From Antechinus flavipes (Eukaryota), in contig NC_067399.1 in NCBI RefSeq assembly GCF_016432865.1, positions 581,498,001 through 581,562,000 of the forward strand: 64,000 nucleotides of DNA, written 5' to 3'. This document shows positions 11,601-23,600 of this stretch, piece by piece. Under the pieces are notes generated by a model. The model worked only from the letters and a program-made list of their open reading frames with translations, made no database searches and was not told where the DNA came from. Position 1 is the stretch's first letter, and every line of letters begins with the position of its first letter. Position numbers and translations under genes: made by a program.

Positions 11601-14600
11601 GTGGGACAGAGACACTGCTGGCTGCAGGCACTTGTAGGAGGGGGCAGCTCTTGGTTTGAGGTTCCAGGTCAAAGGAGAGAGCTGAAGGGAAGGCAGAAGC
11701 AGCACCATCCTCCCAAACCTAGGATTAGAAGTACTTAAACTGATACTTCTCATTTAAAAAAAAGAAAGAAAGAAAGAAAGAAAAGGGCAATGAAGAACCC
11801 AATCATAGAAACTTACTATGCGAATAGGGAAGATGTTGTTCAACTTAGAGGAGGACACTGAAGTAAAAAAAAGTTGCTTCTACTCCAAAGAGTAATTGTA
11901 AAAGGCTCCCTGCCCAGAGCGAATTTATAGAGAACTCAAGAGAATTTAAAACTCAAATGAGAAATTGAAATAAAAATAAAAACCATCTAAGAAAAAGAGT
12001 TATCCAACTAGAAAAGGAGATACAGAATTTTAGACAAAAAGAACACTTTTGAAAATTGGAATTGGCTAAAATGAAGCCAGTGAAGCTATAAGAGATCCAA
12101 GAATTAACAAAACAAATTTTAAAGAATGAAAAAATAGAAAGTGATACCTCTTATAAGAAAGCCAACAGATTTGGAGAACATATCAAGAAGAGAAAATATA
12201 AGAATAATTGGACTATCTGAAAGCTGTGACCAAGAAAAAAACCTTGAATACAATAAGGCAAGAAATAATCTGAGAAAATGATCCTGGAGTGATAGATCAT
12301 GAAAGAAAAGTAGAATTAGAAAAAAGTCACCAATCACTGCCTCAAAGAGATCCTTTGTGGGAAACATGGGAATATCATTACTAAATTTTGAAACCTCCAG
12401 ATCAAAGAAATTTTTGTAAGAAACAAGAAAAAAAGCGAATATGCTGGAGCTATAATTAGAATTTTACAAGATTTTTGCAGCAGTCACAGTAAAAAACCTC
12501 AAGTCCTAGAATCATATATATTGATGATCAAAAGAACTAGGCCTGGGGCCAAAAATATCGTCTCCAGCAAATTTATCTAAAATATTCAGTAGAAAAATGG
12601 GCATTCAACGAACTTGCAGAATTTCATTTTCTATCAACCAAACCAGAATTCAGTAGAAAATATAAGAGCCAATATCCATGATTAATTTTAAGGAATTTTA
12701 CTTGTACACATTGTTTTCTACATGGAATTGTATACCATACATCTGTGATTGACATCAGGAATAGGGTAGCTCAAAAAAAATTTATACAAATGAGGTACCG
12801 AGGAAAAATAGACACAGGCATTAAAGGGAGGAGGGCCTATAGTTCTGAAAACCTCCTCATTTTGGGAATGGGTAAATAGAAAACATTACATAGATACCAT
12901 GAAAGGGCATAGCACCTTCAGAATCTATAAAGAAACGAGAAGGGAAGGCAGAGTTAGATACAAAGAAGATAAGAGGGATCATGGGTAGGGGCAGGTTAAG
13001 TAATAACAAGGCAAGTTAAGGAGTAGGATAAAAGTGGTGGAATACCAAGAGATGTGCATAAATATGACAGATCAAGAGTCGAATTTATTAGGGAAAAAGT
13101 ACCACTAGTAATTGTTAATTTTAGGCAATCAAGCTTGAATATTTAAGAGAATCTTCAATTAAGAGAAATTTACATTATATGTTAGCCATACTAATATTAT
13201 TTTAGATGCATTTTTACGTATGGGTAAATGTGTGTGTGTGCACGTGCGCGCGTGCGCTCTTTCTCTATATGGATATATGTATTTGTGTGAGAATCTTGAT
13301 GGGTGTGAATGTATATGTACATGTGTGTGTGTGTATATATATATATTAAACATAGCTGTGTTTTACTATAGTCTGTTTTGGGGAGGTATGGGGGGGGATG
13401 AAAAGGAGGAAAAGAACAAAGTTTTTAAAAGTGCACAGCAGAGAACGAAAGAACCCTATGATTAAGTAAAGAAAAAATGGGCAAAAAAAATTCTTCCATA
13501 TAACAAAGTAAAATTTGAGAAAAATCCAAAAGTAAGTCTGATTCTACATGCAGCATTATGCACTTCTAGTCTTTGCTTCTACTAAGAGAAAGGGGTCTAT
13601 TTTTTCTACTTTTCCCTTAGTAAGATGGGTTATCATATTCATCTGAGTTTAGTGGTATTCCAGTGTTATTCCTGTTTATGTTAGAATTTCTGTGAATATT
13701 TTCTTATTTGTTCTACATGTTATATATAAATCTTCCCATGTAACTCTGGATTTCTTATTTTCATTATAAAGTTGTATACTTTTTCCTTAAATTTATTTTC
13801 ACTCATTTTCAAATTGATGAATCACTTTTAAGAAAAGGAAATTTTGTTACCACAAAGAGTATTGCAATGCAAATTTTAATTGACCACCTTTATATCCAGC
13901 TGTGAGATGGTTGGGTCAGAGAGTATAAATTCATTAATGACTTTTCTTGCATAAATTCAAATTGTCTTCTGGAATGGTTAGCTTATTTTCAACTTCCCCT
14001 GACTGAATATTGTTGTGTCTTATTTTCTCATAGGTCCTCCAACATTGACTCTTGGCTTTTTTTTATCATTCTGGCTGATTTATGAGGTAAAATGTAGGAG
14101 CTCTTTCTCTAAACTTGCTGTTACTTCTCTTTGCAGGTGACCCCTCATGGTCTCACCCTGAGTTTCTTCTCTTCATTCACTGGACTGGTTGACTTTATGC
14201 ACTTGGATTCTAAAAAGGCAGGACATTACTTCCAAACCCAAATGGTAAGAATTGCTAAGATCTGTCCCTAACTGCCTTCTGCCAGCTTTGTTTCTCTTCT
14301 AGGGTGAGGTGGCCAGTCATAATTACCAGGAGTTTTGGGGGCCAGAGATCTCTGACCCTGAGTCAGCTCCTCTGGAGTAATGGATTGAGTAAGAAGAGAA
14401 AATAGCTGTTACCTTGAGGACTTCATCTTGTGACTGATTTGTGATTTTTCTCTCCTTGTCTTTATCCTGGTGAATTTTTAAAAGGAAGAACTATTATAAA
14501 AATTGATAATTGTGTAATATATGTTGTATTTTCCATATCCTCAATAACAACAGAAGGTAGGTGCCATTTTTATCCTCATTAAGAAAACTGAGGGAAAATG

Positions 14601-17600
14601 AGAGAACTTTGCCTAGGGCCACACAGTTAATGTGTGTGTCTGAGGGAGGATTGGAACTCTGGTCTTTCTGAGCCCAAATCCTGGCATCTCTCCACTGTGC
14701 TCCCTGCCCCAATTTTCTTTGCACTCCTTGTCATGAGTGATTTGTTTTTATTTTAGAGATTTGAATTATATGTAGACTTTTAAGAGTTTTAGCAGAAAGC
14801 CAGACTTTCAGAATCTTTTTCCATTATGGCAGTTGTAATTAAGACCAAAACTATAACTTAATGTAATAGTGTTGCCAGTTATAGTGATAGCTTGAGGGAA
14901 GCCCTAATTAATGAATTGTGGACTTTGGTTCTGAATATCCTGCCTCTGTAATCACCTGAGGCTTCAGCAGAGATTAACCATTGGCCAGAGTAGGGAATTG
15001 TTCCTGTGATTGTGGTGTTCCTGAGCCATAGATAGTAATGCTCTGCCACCTGAGCCAGCATCTCATTACCCGGGGGCAGCGGTTTAGTTAGTTGTGGTTC
15101 CTAATGCCTTGGCTCTGATGCAGTTGCACAGCACTGTTGTGGACTGATAGAGGACAGGGCCCTGTGGGTTGCACAGAGACCACATGTGGGGACATTGAGG
15201 GTTTGGCTCTCTGGAAGCTCTGGCCTAGGTGGCTTGATTGACTCTGCTTCCTTTCTTGTTTAATGCACCTTTTTTTCTTGATCCTCCTCACAGGTGAGGG
15301 CCTGTATCCTCTCAGTTCATCCACGTACCAAGTGTGTCCGACTAACATTGCGCTCTTCCTTCCTGCAAGCTGGCCGCCCAATCACTCACCTCTGCCACCA
15401 TCTCGTTGGAGCCATGTTGGATGATGTGCCTGTCCAGGGCTTCTTTGCAAAGGCTGGTGCCACCTTCAGACTGAAGGATGGATCTCTGGCCTATGCTAGG
15501 GTGAGGAGAGCGGGCATGGGCCCATTCTCACTGGAAGGGTAGATGGGACACCTGGGCTCTTAGCTGCTTCCTCTCATACCTGTGTGGAATTGTCTTTGTC
15601 TACTTCAGGATATCCATAGAGGATGTTGGTCAGGTGGTCTTTAAGTCTAGCACTTTTCTAGTAGAGTATTAGTTTTCCTTGATAGAATGAGGTGACTTGG
15701 GTTTCCATATATATATAGTTTAAAAAAAAGTTACACCTGTTTGCTCTGTGTTGATATATCAAGTTATATAGGAAGCTGCCTGCACTTCAGAAGAGTCCTA
15801 AGGTCTTAGAAGGGTTTTAAAAATTATCTGCTGCAATGTGTTCCTGAAACACAAAGCCATTTCCTAAAACCCCTCTTTAGCCTCTTTTTGAATAATCCTT
15901 GTGGTGGTGAATTAACTACTTAATGAGGTAGTTCTAGGGTGGTTTTTTTTGGTTTGTTTTTTAAGGAAGTTATTAATTGTACATGGATCTGTGAGAAGAT
16001 AATGAATCCATGCCATTTATCTTTATTTTTTTAAGAGAGCACTTTGCTGGCAAGCATGTACTCTCAGGGCGAGAGGCCACATAAAGACTGCCCATTGCCC
16101 CAGTCTTTTCTGGGAGGGTAGTGCTGATGATCAAATATAAAGAGAACCAAAAGGAATGCAGGACTGGTGTAGGGGGTTTCTGTTTTGAGAGAAGTGCTTT
16201 TTTTATTGGACAACTGGATATGCTTTTATCTTATAAAGAGTGAAACTGGGCTGTGTCATTAAACAGTGACTCAAGTCCTGACCTGGAGGGGAATCTATCC
16301 CATTCACTAGCTTCTCTCTCTGCTTTAGGAAATTCCTGGGTTCTATTGTTTTCTGCCTCTGCATGTGTTGAATGATGATGTCATATTCTCTCTTGGCTCA
16401 GGGAAGCTCTATTACATGGGCACATACTAGGAATTCCTTCTCAGAAGCACAATGTTTGGCCGGCATCTTGGGAGGCTACTCATCATTTATAGTTGTTCCA
16501 TTTGTCAGCATTGAGGCCCAGCCTGCTCCAGCCACCCCAGCGTTCCCTCCTCAGAGTCTGCTGTCCCCTAGTGTCACTTGTCAGAGTAGGATCACAGACA
16601 GGCTAGCCAAAAAGTTCCTTGGGGGGTTTCCTGAGAGTGCCCCAAGTCTCCCCAGAGCTCTTTGAAATTCATCTACTGTTTCTGGATCAGCCAAGTTTCT
16701 CTCCTCTCTTCTGATAACTTGCTTTGTGTGCAGATCATACACCTCTCCCAGACTGAGAAGTCCTTTAAGCCAGAGAAGTTCAAGCCTGGCAATATGCACA
16801 AGTGTCGGGTTATTGACTACAGCCCAATGGATGACCTGGCGTTGTTGTCTCTGAAAACGTGAGTGTGGGAGCGGCTGGGTGCGCGTGCTTGGGCACAACT
16901 GTGCACAAAAATACAACGTGCGCCATCGTGATTGTCGGTGTGGGAGCCCTTCATTGCTTGTTGGCCACACCAGCCTCTGCCACTATGTGATTGTTTTTTT
17001 CTCTCTATCCCAGGAGCATCATCGAAGCTCCATTCCTGAGATATCATGACCTCCACCCAGGGCAGGTTGTCAAGGTGAGGCCTTCTAGCCCCCCAGTCTA
17101 GCCAGCAGAGGCAGCCCCCACTACCCCCTGGTCCCCTCCTCCTCAGACTTGGTTGCCATTGGGGTCATGGAGAGCTTTCAACGCCTCCATGTGCCTAAGG
17201 GCAAAAGGGCCCTGTCCTAAAGAATGCCATTCAAGTAGGAGGGATAGGCTGGGTCAGAGCATCCTTGTGCTTCAGGGTGTTCTGGCTTGGTCCTGGAGAT
17301 GAGGGTGGAAATGTCAGCTAGGAGACTGCTCTCGATGGCCTGGCAGGTCTCCGGGAGGTGCTCACGTGCCCCATGGAGAACAGTCACAGGTGAAGAAACG
17401 GTGCAAAGGAGGCAGTGGTGTGCTGCGACCATGGCGATGGCCTCTGGGGTGTGGCATGCCTGAGGGATCCGGGTCAGGGCTTTCTGACACAGGTGTCCCA
17501 GGGACGCAGGGTTCTCCCCAGTCGTGATGGCAGAGGGAAGCCTCTTTGGAGTTGCCTGGGGTGACTGTCTGTTCTTCCTCACCAGGCCAAGGTGTTTGCA

Positions 17601-20600
17601 CTGAGATCCTATGGGATGATTGTGAAGGTGACCGAGGAAATCAAAGGCCTTGTGCCGACCTTGCACTTGGCTGATGTCCAGATCCGGAATCCTCAGAAGA
17701 AATATCGTCTCCAAGATGAGGTCAAGTGCCGGGTGAGACTGGCTGAGCTGGGGCGGCTTTCCGGGGGTGGAAGGGGGGAGGGAGGAGGGTGTTTTGGCAA
17801 GACCCAGGCAACCAATGGGCAGGTCCAGCCTTGCATTGAGTGCCCTCTGCTGGGTGACAGGAGGCAGAACAAGTAAGTCCAGCAGCAAATGTTGCCACAG
17901 GGCTAGTCTGGATGGCTTCCTGGAATCTGGCAGGTAAGTTAAGGATTCCTCCATAGGGAGAATGCAAACACACTCTAGGGGAATAGCTGGGGTCACTTGG
18001 CTGTGATCCTCCCCAGCTTTCCTGGCCCTCCTTTTGAGCATGGCTGACTACCCCATCCTCCCAGGTTCTGACATGTGACCCTGAGAATAAGAAACTACTA
18101 ATGACCCTGAAAAAGACTCTGGTGGAATCCAGCCTCCCGGCTCTTACGAGCTACAAGCAAGCCAAGCCTGAGCTGCAGACGCACGGCTTCATCAGCAGCA
18201 TCAAGGACTCGGGCTGTGTCGTCAAGTTTTATAACGATGTGAGGGGACTGGTACCGAAGAGGGAGCTCGGGGCCCAGCCGATCTCCACCCCCGGGGAGGT
18301 GTTCTACGTGGGACAGGTAAGCCCTTGCAGAGGCACGGAAGTCCTCGAGGAGCCCCGGTCCCATGGAGGAGGAGGCGTGGGCTACTTAGGTTCTGCCTGG
18401 CCCACTGTGGTGGGGAGTGAGAGGGGAATGGGCAGGAGTACAGGACCCACAAGGTGGCCCAGGGAATAGGACATTCCTCCTCAGCAAGGATGATGGCAGG
18501 TGGGGAGGAGAAAGTGGGGGGTGGTAGCAGGGGAAGATTTTTCCCTTGGGGGGAGTAGTTCTGGATTTGGGGTGTTAAGGGGAGGAAGAGGTTGAATTAA
18601 TTAATCATGGGGCTGGGGAAGTACCAGGTGAAAAGTTACCCACAGGGTCCTCTGGTAATAGAGGTACTGTAATCAGCCTATTTTCCCCCCAGTGACAGGA
18701 AATAAAATATTATCCAGCAGGGAGATCCAACTGGGCATCTGGGTTGGTAATGACTTAATGCTTGGGTCCTTGGGCTCCTTATAGACTTAGTTTTAGTTCC
18801 TTTAACCCTGTCCTAGGATGGCAGGGAATGATTTACACACCTGGGCAATACCCTGTGTGTGAAGGACTCCCAGGAGAGCCTGCTGTAAGTGCTGAGGCAG
18901 GAGTCTGCTCCCACCATCATGGCCACTAGGTCATAATTTGAGGCTAAGGCTTGGGATCACGCAAGAAATAACAAAAAGGCCCTCTCCACCCAGGTTCTCC
19001 CATCAGGGCCCCTGTAGCTCCTCACCATCTTGACAATTGCCATGACACTAGAGAAGAGACAAAAGCTTGCTATTTTGTAACTGTTGTGAGTCATTTCTCC
19101 ATTCCTCCTTGTTCTCCATCTGATCTGGGATCTTGACAGTTCTAGAGTAGCGTTGGAAGATTTGTGGGGTAACAAGGAGCCTGCCCTCCCTTGTGGGCAC
19201 ACATTCCAGGAGTAGGTCAAGTAGCATTTGCCAATCTCTTCCCAGGTAGTGAAGGTCACAGTGCTGAACAGTGAGCCGGAGCAGGAGAGGATGCTCTTGT
19301 CCTTCAGGCTGTTCAGTGACAAAGAGACAGAAGGCCCAGCCCAGAGTCAGAAGAAAGTTACCATCAAGGTTGGACAGGTACTTGGATTCTCAAGGTTGCC
19401 TTCCTTTGTTTACTGAGGTGGAGAGATAGGAAAGGACTTGGGTAAGGTCACTCCCTTCCTCAGTGCTAGAATCAGCTGCCAATCTGCATTTTCTAGTTTC
19501 CAATCCAGAGGCTTTGTAAAGTCATCGAGTTTATCCTCTGCTTCTCCAAGAAACATCTTGGCATATTCTGTGTTTTTCTCCCCCAACATTTTAGTATTTT
19601 GTATGATAGAAGGCTAGATTAAAAACGCTTAACATTTAACCCAGGGAAGAGAAAGCTTAGGACAAGATTCTGTCTTTAAAGTTTCTTGACTCTTGGGGAA
19701 GACAATTTTCTCAATGACACTAGAGGTATCACTGCAAACATGGAGAAAATGTTAGGGAGTCAGATTATGGCCTTCATTATAGGAATGAGGAATAACTTCT
19801 GAATGGGCCATAGGAGGATTTCAGAAAAAGCTACATGGAAAGACCACCAGACTGGTAGTCATCAGATTGGGTTCTACATTCAGATTTGCCAATGACTAGT
19901 CATAGGTCATTGGTCCAATCACTAACCCTTACAAAATAAGGGGTTTGGGCTCTCTAGATGATTTCAGAGGTCTCTCTGATCTTTAAAGCTTTGTAATTCT
20001 TTAATTCAAAGGCTGGAAAGATATATTTTGTATAATGTTGAGGGAATTTATGTGTTGGAAAGGAGTGTGAACTCAGTTTCTTTTTTTCTTTTTTTTTTAA
20101 ATAGTGTTTTATCTTTTTCCAATTACATAGAGACAATTTTCATCATTTGTTCCTTGAAAGTTTTTGAGTTATAAATTTTTCTCCCTTCTCCAAGATGGCA
20201 AACAGTCTGATGTAGGTTATACATGTGCAAATATGAATGCATATTTTGGATTCATTTTTTAAAACTCCTTCTAGCATTGAGATTTGATGAGTGACTTCTT
20301 TTCTCCCACGTTACTGGCTCTTAGATCATATTGGCTTATACATCTTGAAGTTTCCCCAGGGACTTCATTGAAGACAACTAAAGAGAGTTTTGTTTCTTTC
20401 AAGATGGTACCATTGAAGTTCTGGATGTTGGTGCTATTTAAGGAAGAAGGGAAGAGAGAAATTTCTTCCCAAGTTCTCTTCATCCCTCTTTTCACTCTTT
20501 GAGAAAACAAGCAACATATCAGTTATACATGTGAAATCATGCAAAATAAATTTATATTTTGACTTTGATTTTTTTAAAGCAGGAAAAATAAAGAAAATTA

Positions 20601-23600
20601 TACTTCAGTTTGTACCCAGAATCCATCATTTTTAGCTCTCTGAAGATGGATTGCATTTTTTTATCCATGAGTCCTTTGGAATTGTGGATCATTGTACTGA
20701 TCACAGTAGCCAAATCTTTCACAGTTGATCACTGTTACAACATTATTGTTACTGTGCATCATAATCTCCCAGTTTTTCTTACTTCACTTTGTATTAATTC
20801 ATATATGTCTTGCCATGTTTTTCTGAAACCACCCACTTATCATTTCTTACAGCAATGTGCCACAGATGTTTAGCCATTTCCAAACTGATGAGCATCCCCT
20901 CGATTTCTAATTATTTGCCACCACAAAAAGAACTTCTGAAAATATTTTTAGGCATTATAGTCCTTTTCCTTTGATTGGAATACAAGCCTAGTAGTGTGAT
21001 TATTGGGTCAAAAGTTATACATAGCATTATAGTTGTTTGGGTCCAGTTTTATATTCCTGGATGGTTTTAAATTTTCTCAAATTGACTCAACTCAGAACCA
21101 TGGAAAGTCTTTTCTCAAGAAAAGTGATAATTTTTTCCCCTTCTCTTTTACTCTTAGTTAGTAGATGTGAAGGTGAAGAAGAAGACTGAGAAGGGATTAG
21201 AGGTGTCCATCCTACCCAACAATATCCGTGCCTTGCTTCCCACAACACATCTATCAGACAGTGTCACCAACAGTCAGCTGCTCTACTCCTGGCTTCGGGC
21301 AGGTGACGTCCTCCACAGGGTCTTGTGTTTGAGCCATAGTGATGGTCACATTGTATCCTTTCCTACTCCCCATTGGGGATGAGAGTCCTGAGCCTCAGAG
21401 GTAGGGGAATTGTTGATCAGATACAATTTCTGGCTTTATTTGGGTCAGCCATGAGTGTGAACTTTGGGTTCATATGCATAGTAACTAAAGAAAATCAGGC
21501 TTTAAAAAAATCTATAGCTTTATTTCCTCCTTTCAGTCTGTGAGGCTTTGGATCTGAGGGGGAAAACTAAGGGAGTATTTTAGCCAGACAGTGGGCCCAA
21601 TCTTCTGATGACCTCTGCCTTCCTTCCCTTCTACTGTCTCCCCATCAGAACTGCTGGAGTACCCACAAGAAGCTCCCGTGGTGAACTCAGCCTAATCTAC
21701 TCCATCCTACTATTCCTTCAAATTCTTCCCCGGCCTAAACCATTTTACCATTGTTCTATTCCTAGTTTGTTTTATTCTGAAAATCAGACTTCATATTCTT
21801 AAGATAATGGGACAGATCTCCTAATGACCTGAATGGAGACCAAATTTCCTGGAACCTTTGGCTTTCTTTTGCCCTTGCTGGTATGCTCCTTGATGTGGTG
21901 GCTTCAGGTCTTGTGCAGGAAACCAGCCCTGATCTCTGCTGTGGAGAGTGGCCAGGATCCCAAGGTCTTTTCTGAATTCCAGCCTGGGATGCTGCTGACT
22001 GGTTTTGTGAAAAGTATCAAGGCCTACGGTGTCTTCGTCCAGTTTCCATCGGGCCTTAGTGGATTGGCTCCCAAGTCTGTGAGTCTTCTTCCCTGGATTC
22101 TCTCCATTTGAGAATTTTTTGAAAGAATGATGGATTAGGTCAGGCAGGAGTCTGAAGGAAGAGGAGGGATGGCCCCATGGGGGTGGACGCTGGCTTTGAG
22201 TTGTGAGGGGCCAGTGGGTTATGTCACAGGTTGTGCAGTGTGGGCTGCTGTCCACCTAGTGGGTTGTCATGGGAAAGCCATTGGCAGAGTGAGGGTAGTT
22301 CCATGTGAGCTGTGCCAGAAGAATCAAGGGACCGACATCACTGGATATGGAATCGCAAAGACCCAGCTTCCAATTATGCCCCGACACTACTAGACCCGTT
22401 GCTTCAGCGTGTTGGCTCTAGGAGTGCTACACGGGTGGTCTTAGCCTAGCAGGAGGCCCTCTTATGGCATGGATATCAGCCCCTAGCTTGAAGCATGGCT
22501 TCCCCTAAGAAGCCACCCCTCAGGACCAGGTTTCCTGGGCTCAGGGGGTTTGTGAGATGTCAGGCTGTGAGTCATGTCTAATTGCCATATGGGTGCATCT
22601 TGTGATGTTCTGGGGGCTTTCCCCAAAGGAGAGCTGCTCTTCTCTCTGTGTCCCCTGAAGACCCAGGTGCCCTGCCTGATGGTAGGGGAAATCCCAATGG
22701 CGGATAACACACCAGTAATGGCGGTAACTCGGCTTTGTCCTGACTACCAGCACCCTGATAGGAGTGTGATAGCATTAATCCCACGCTGCTGAGAAAAGGA
22801 TGTTAAATATTAAGCATATGTCACATTTCATCAATGGTCAATTTTTACTGATACTTCTCACTGACTCCCTCCTTCCTCGTGAAGCTGCCCCCCACTCCCA
22901 CCCTTCTCATAACAAATACCAGGTCAGTAAGCTGAGTCAGGTACAAAACCTGGTTGGCCATAGTTGAGTGCACGCGCCTCTGGTCCATCAGGCCTTCTGA
23001 AGTCATGGTGGTTCCCCACAGACTTTTAGAGCTGGAGAGGGTGGCCTGGTCTCATTGGTGCTGACAGATCTCAATGTTCCCTCCCTCCAGGCCCTGAGCG
23101 ACAAGTTTGTGACCACAGTCAGCGACCACTTTGTGGAGGGGCAGACAGTGGTTGCAAAGGTGACCAATGTGTATGAGGAGAAAGAACGGATGCTGCTTTC
23201 CCTGCGCCTGTCCGATGTTTGCCAGGAGGATGCAGCCGTCAGCTCCCTGGCCCTCCTGAGCCAATGGTTGGAGGAGCTGCAAGGGGTCCGAAGCCTCATG
23301 AGCAGCCGAGGTGTGTGGGCACCTGTAAGGGGCCTCTGTCCACATGGATTCTAATGTGCCTTGGGCCCCTGAGTTCCATAGATGCCCGGAGGGAGCTGGG
23401 ATGGGGGAGATGGTGAGAAGGAAGAAGGGTACCTGTACCCTCTGGGATTTTTGAGAGTTGTTCAGTTAGGATGAGGGCATGTCAATCTCCAGCAAGGATT
23501 TTCACCTCTTAGAGTTTGTGAAGCTCCTGTAGTGCAGCATTCCTCACTTGACAATAAGCCAAAAGGGAGTGTGATTCCCCCACCCACCCAAGAGGTTTTC

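Noticed and set aside
16859-17013. CpG-rich 155-nt intron 10 with a GGTGTGG/CCACACC stem, considered as H/ACA snoRNA or mirtron
   Set aside because: No correctly placed H and ACA boxes, and the hairpin does not span the splice sites.
17217-18041. 274-aa antisense ORF over PDCD11 exon 12 and flanking introns
   Set aside because: GC-rich shadow frame; no recognisable domain and no supporting splice or promoter structure.
22160-22800. Non-repetitive-looking stretch of PDCD11 intron 16 with several short ORFs and a partial hairpin (ACCCGT/ACGGGT)
   Set aside because: No recognisable protein, RNA family or repeat, and no evidence beyond composition. A conservation track would be needed.
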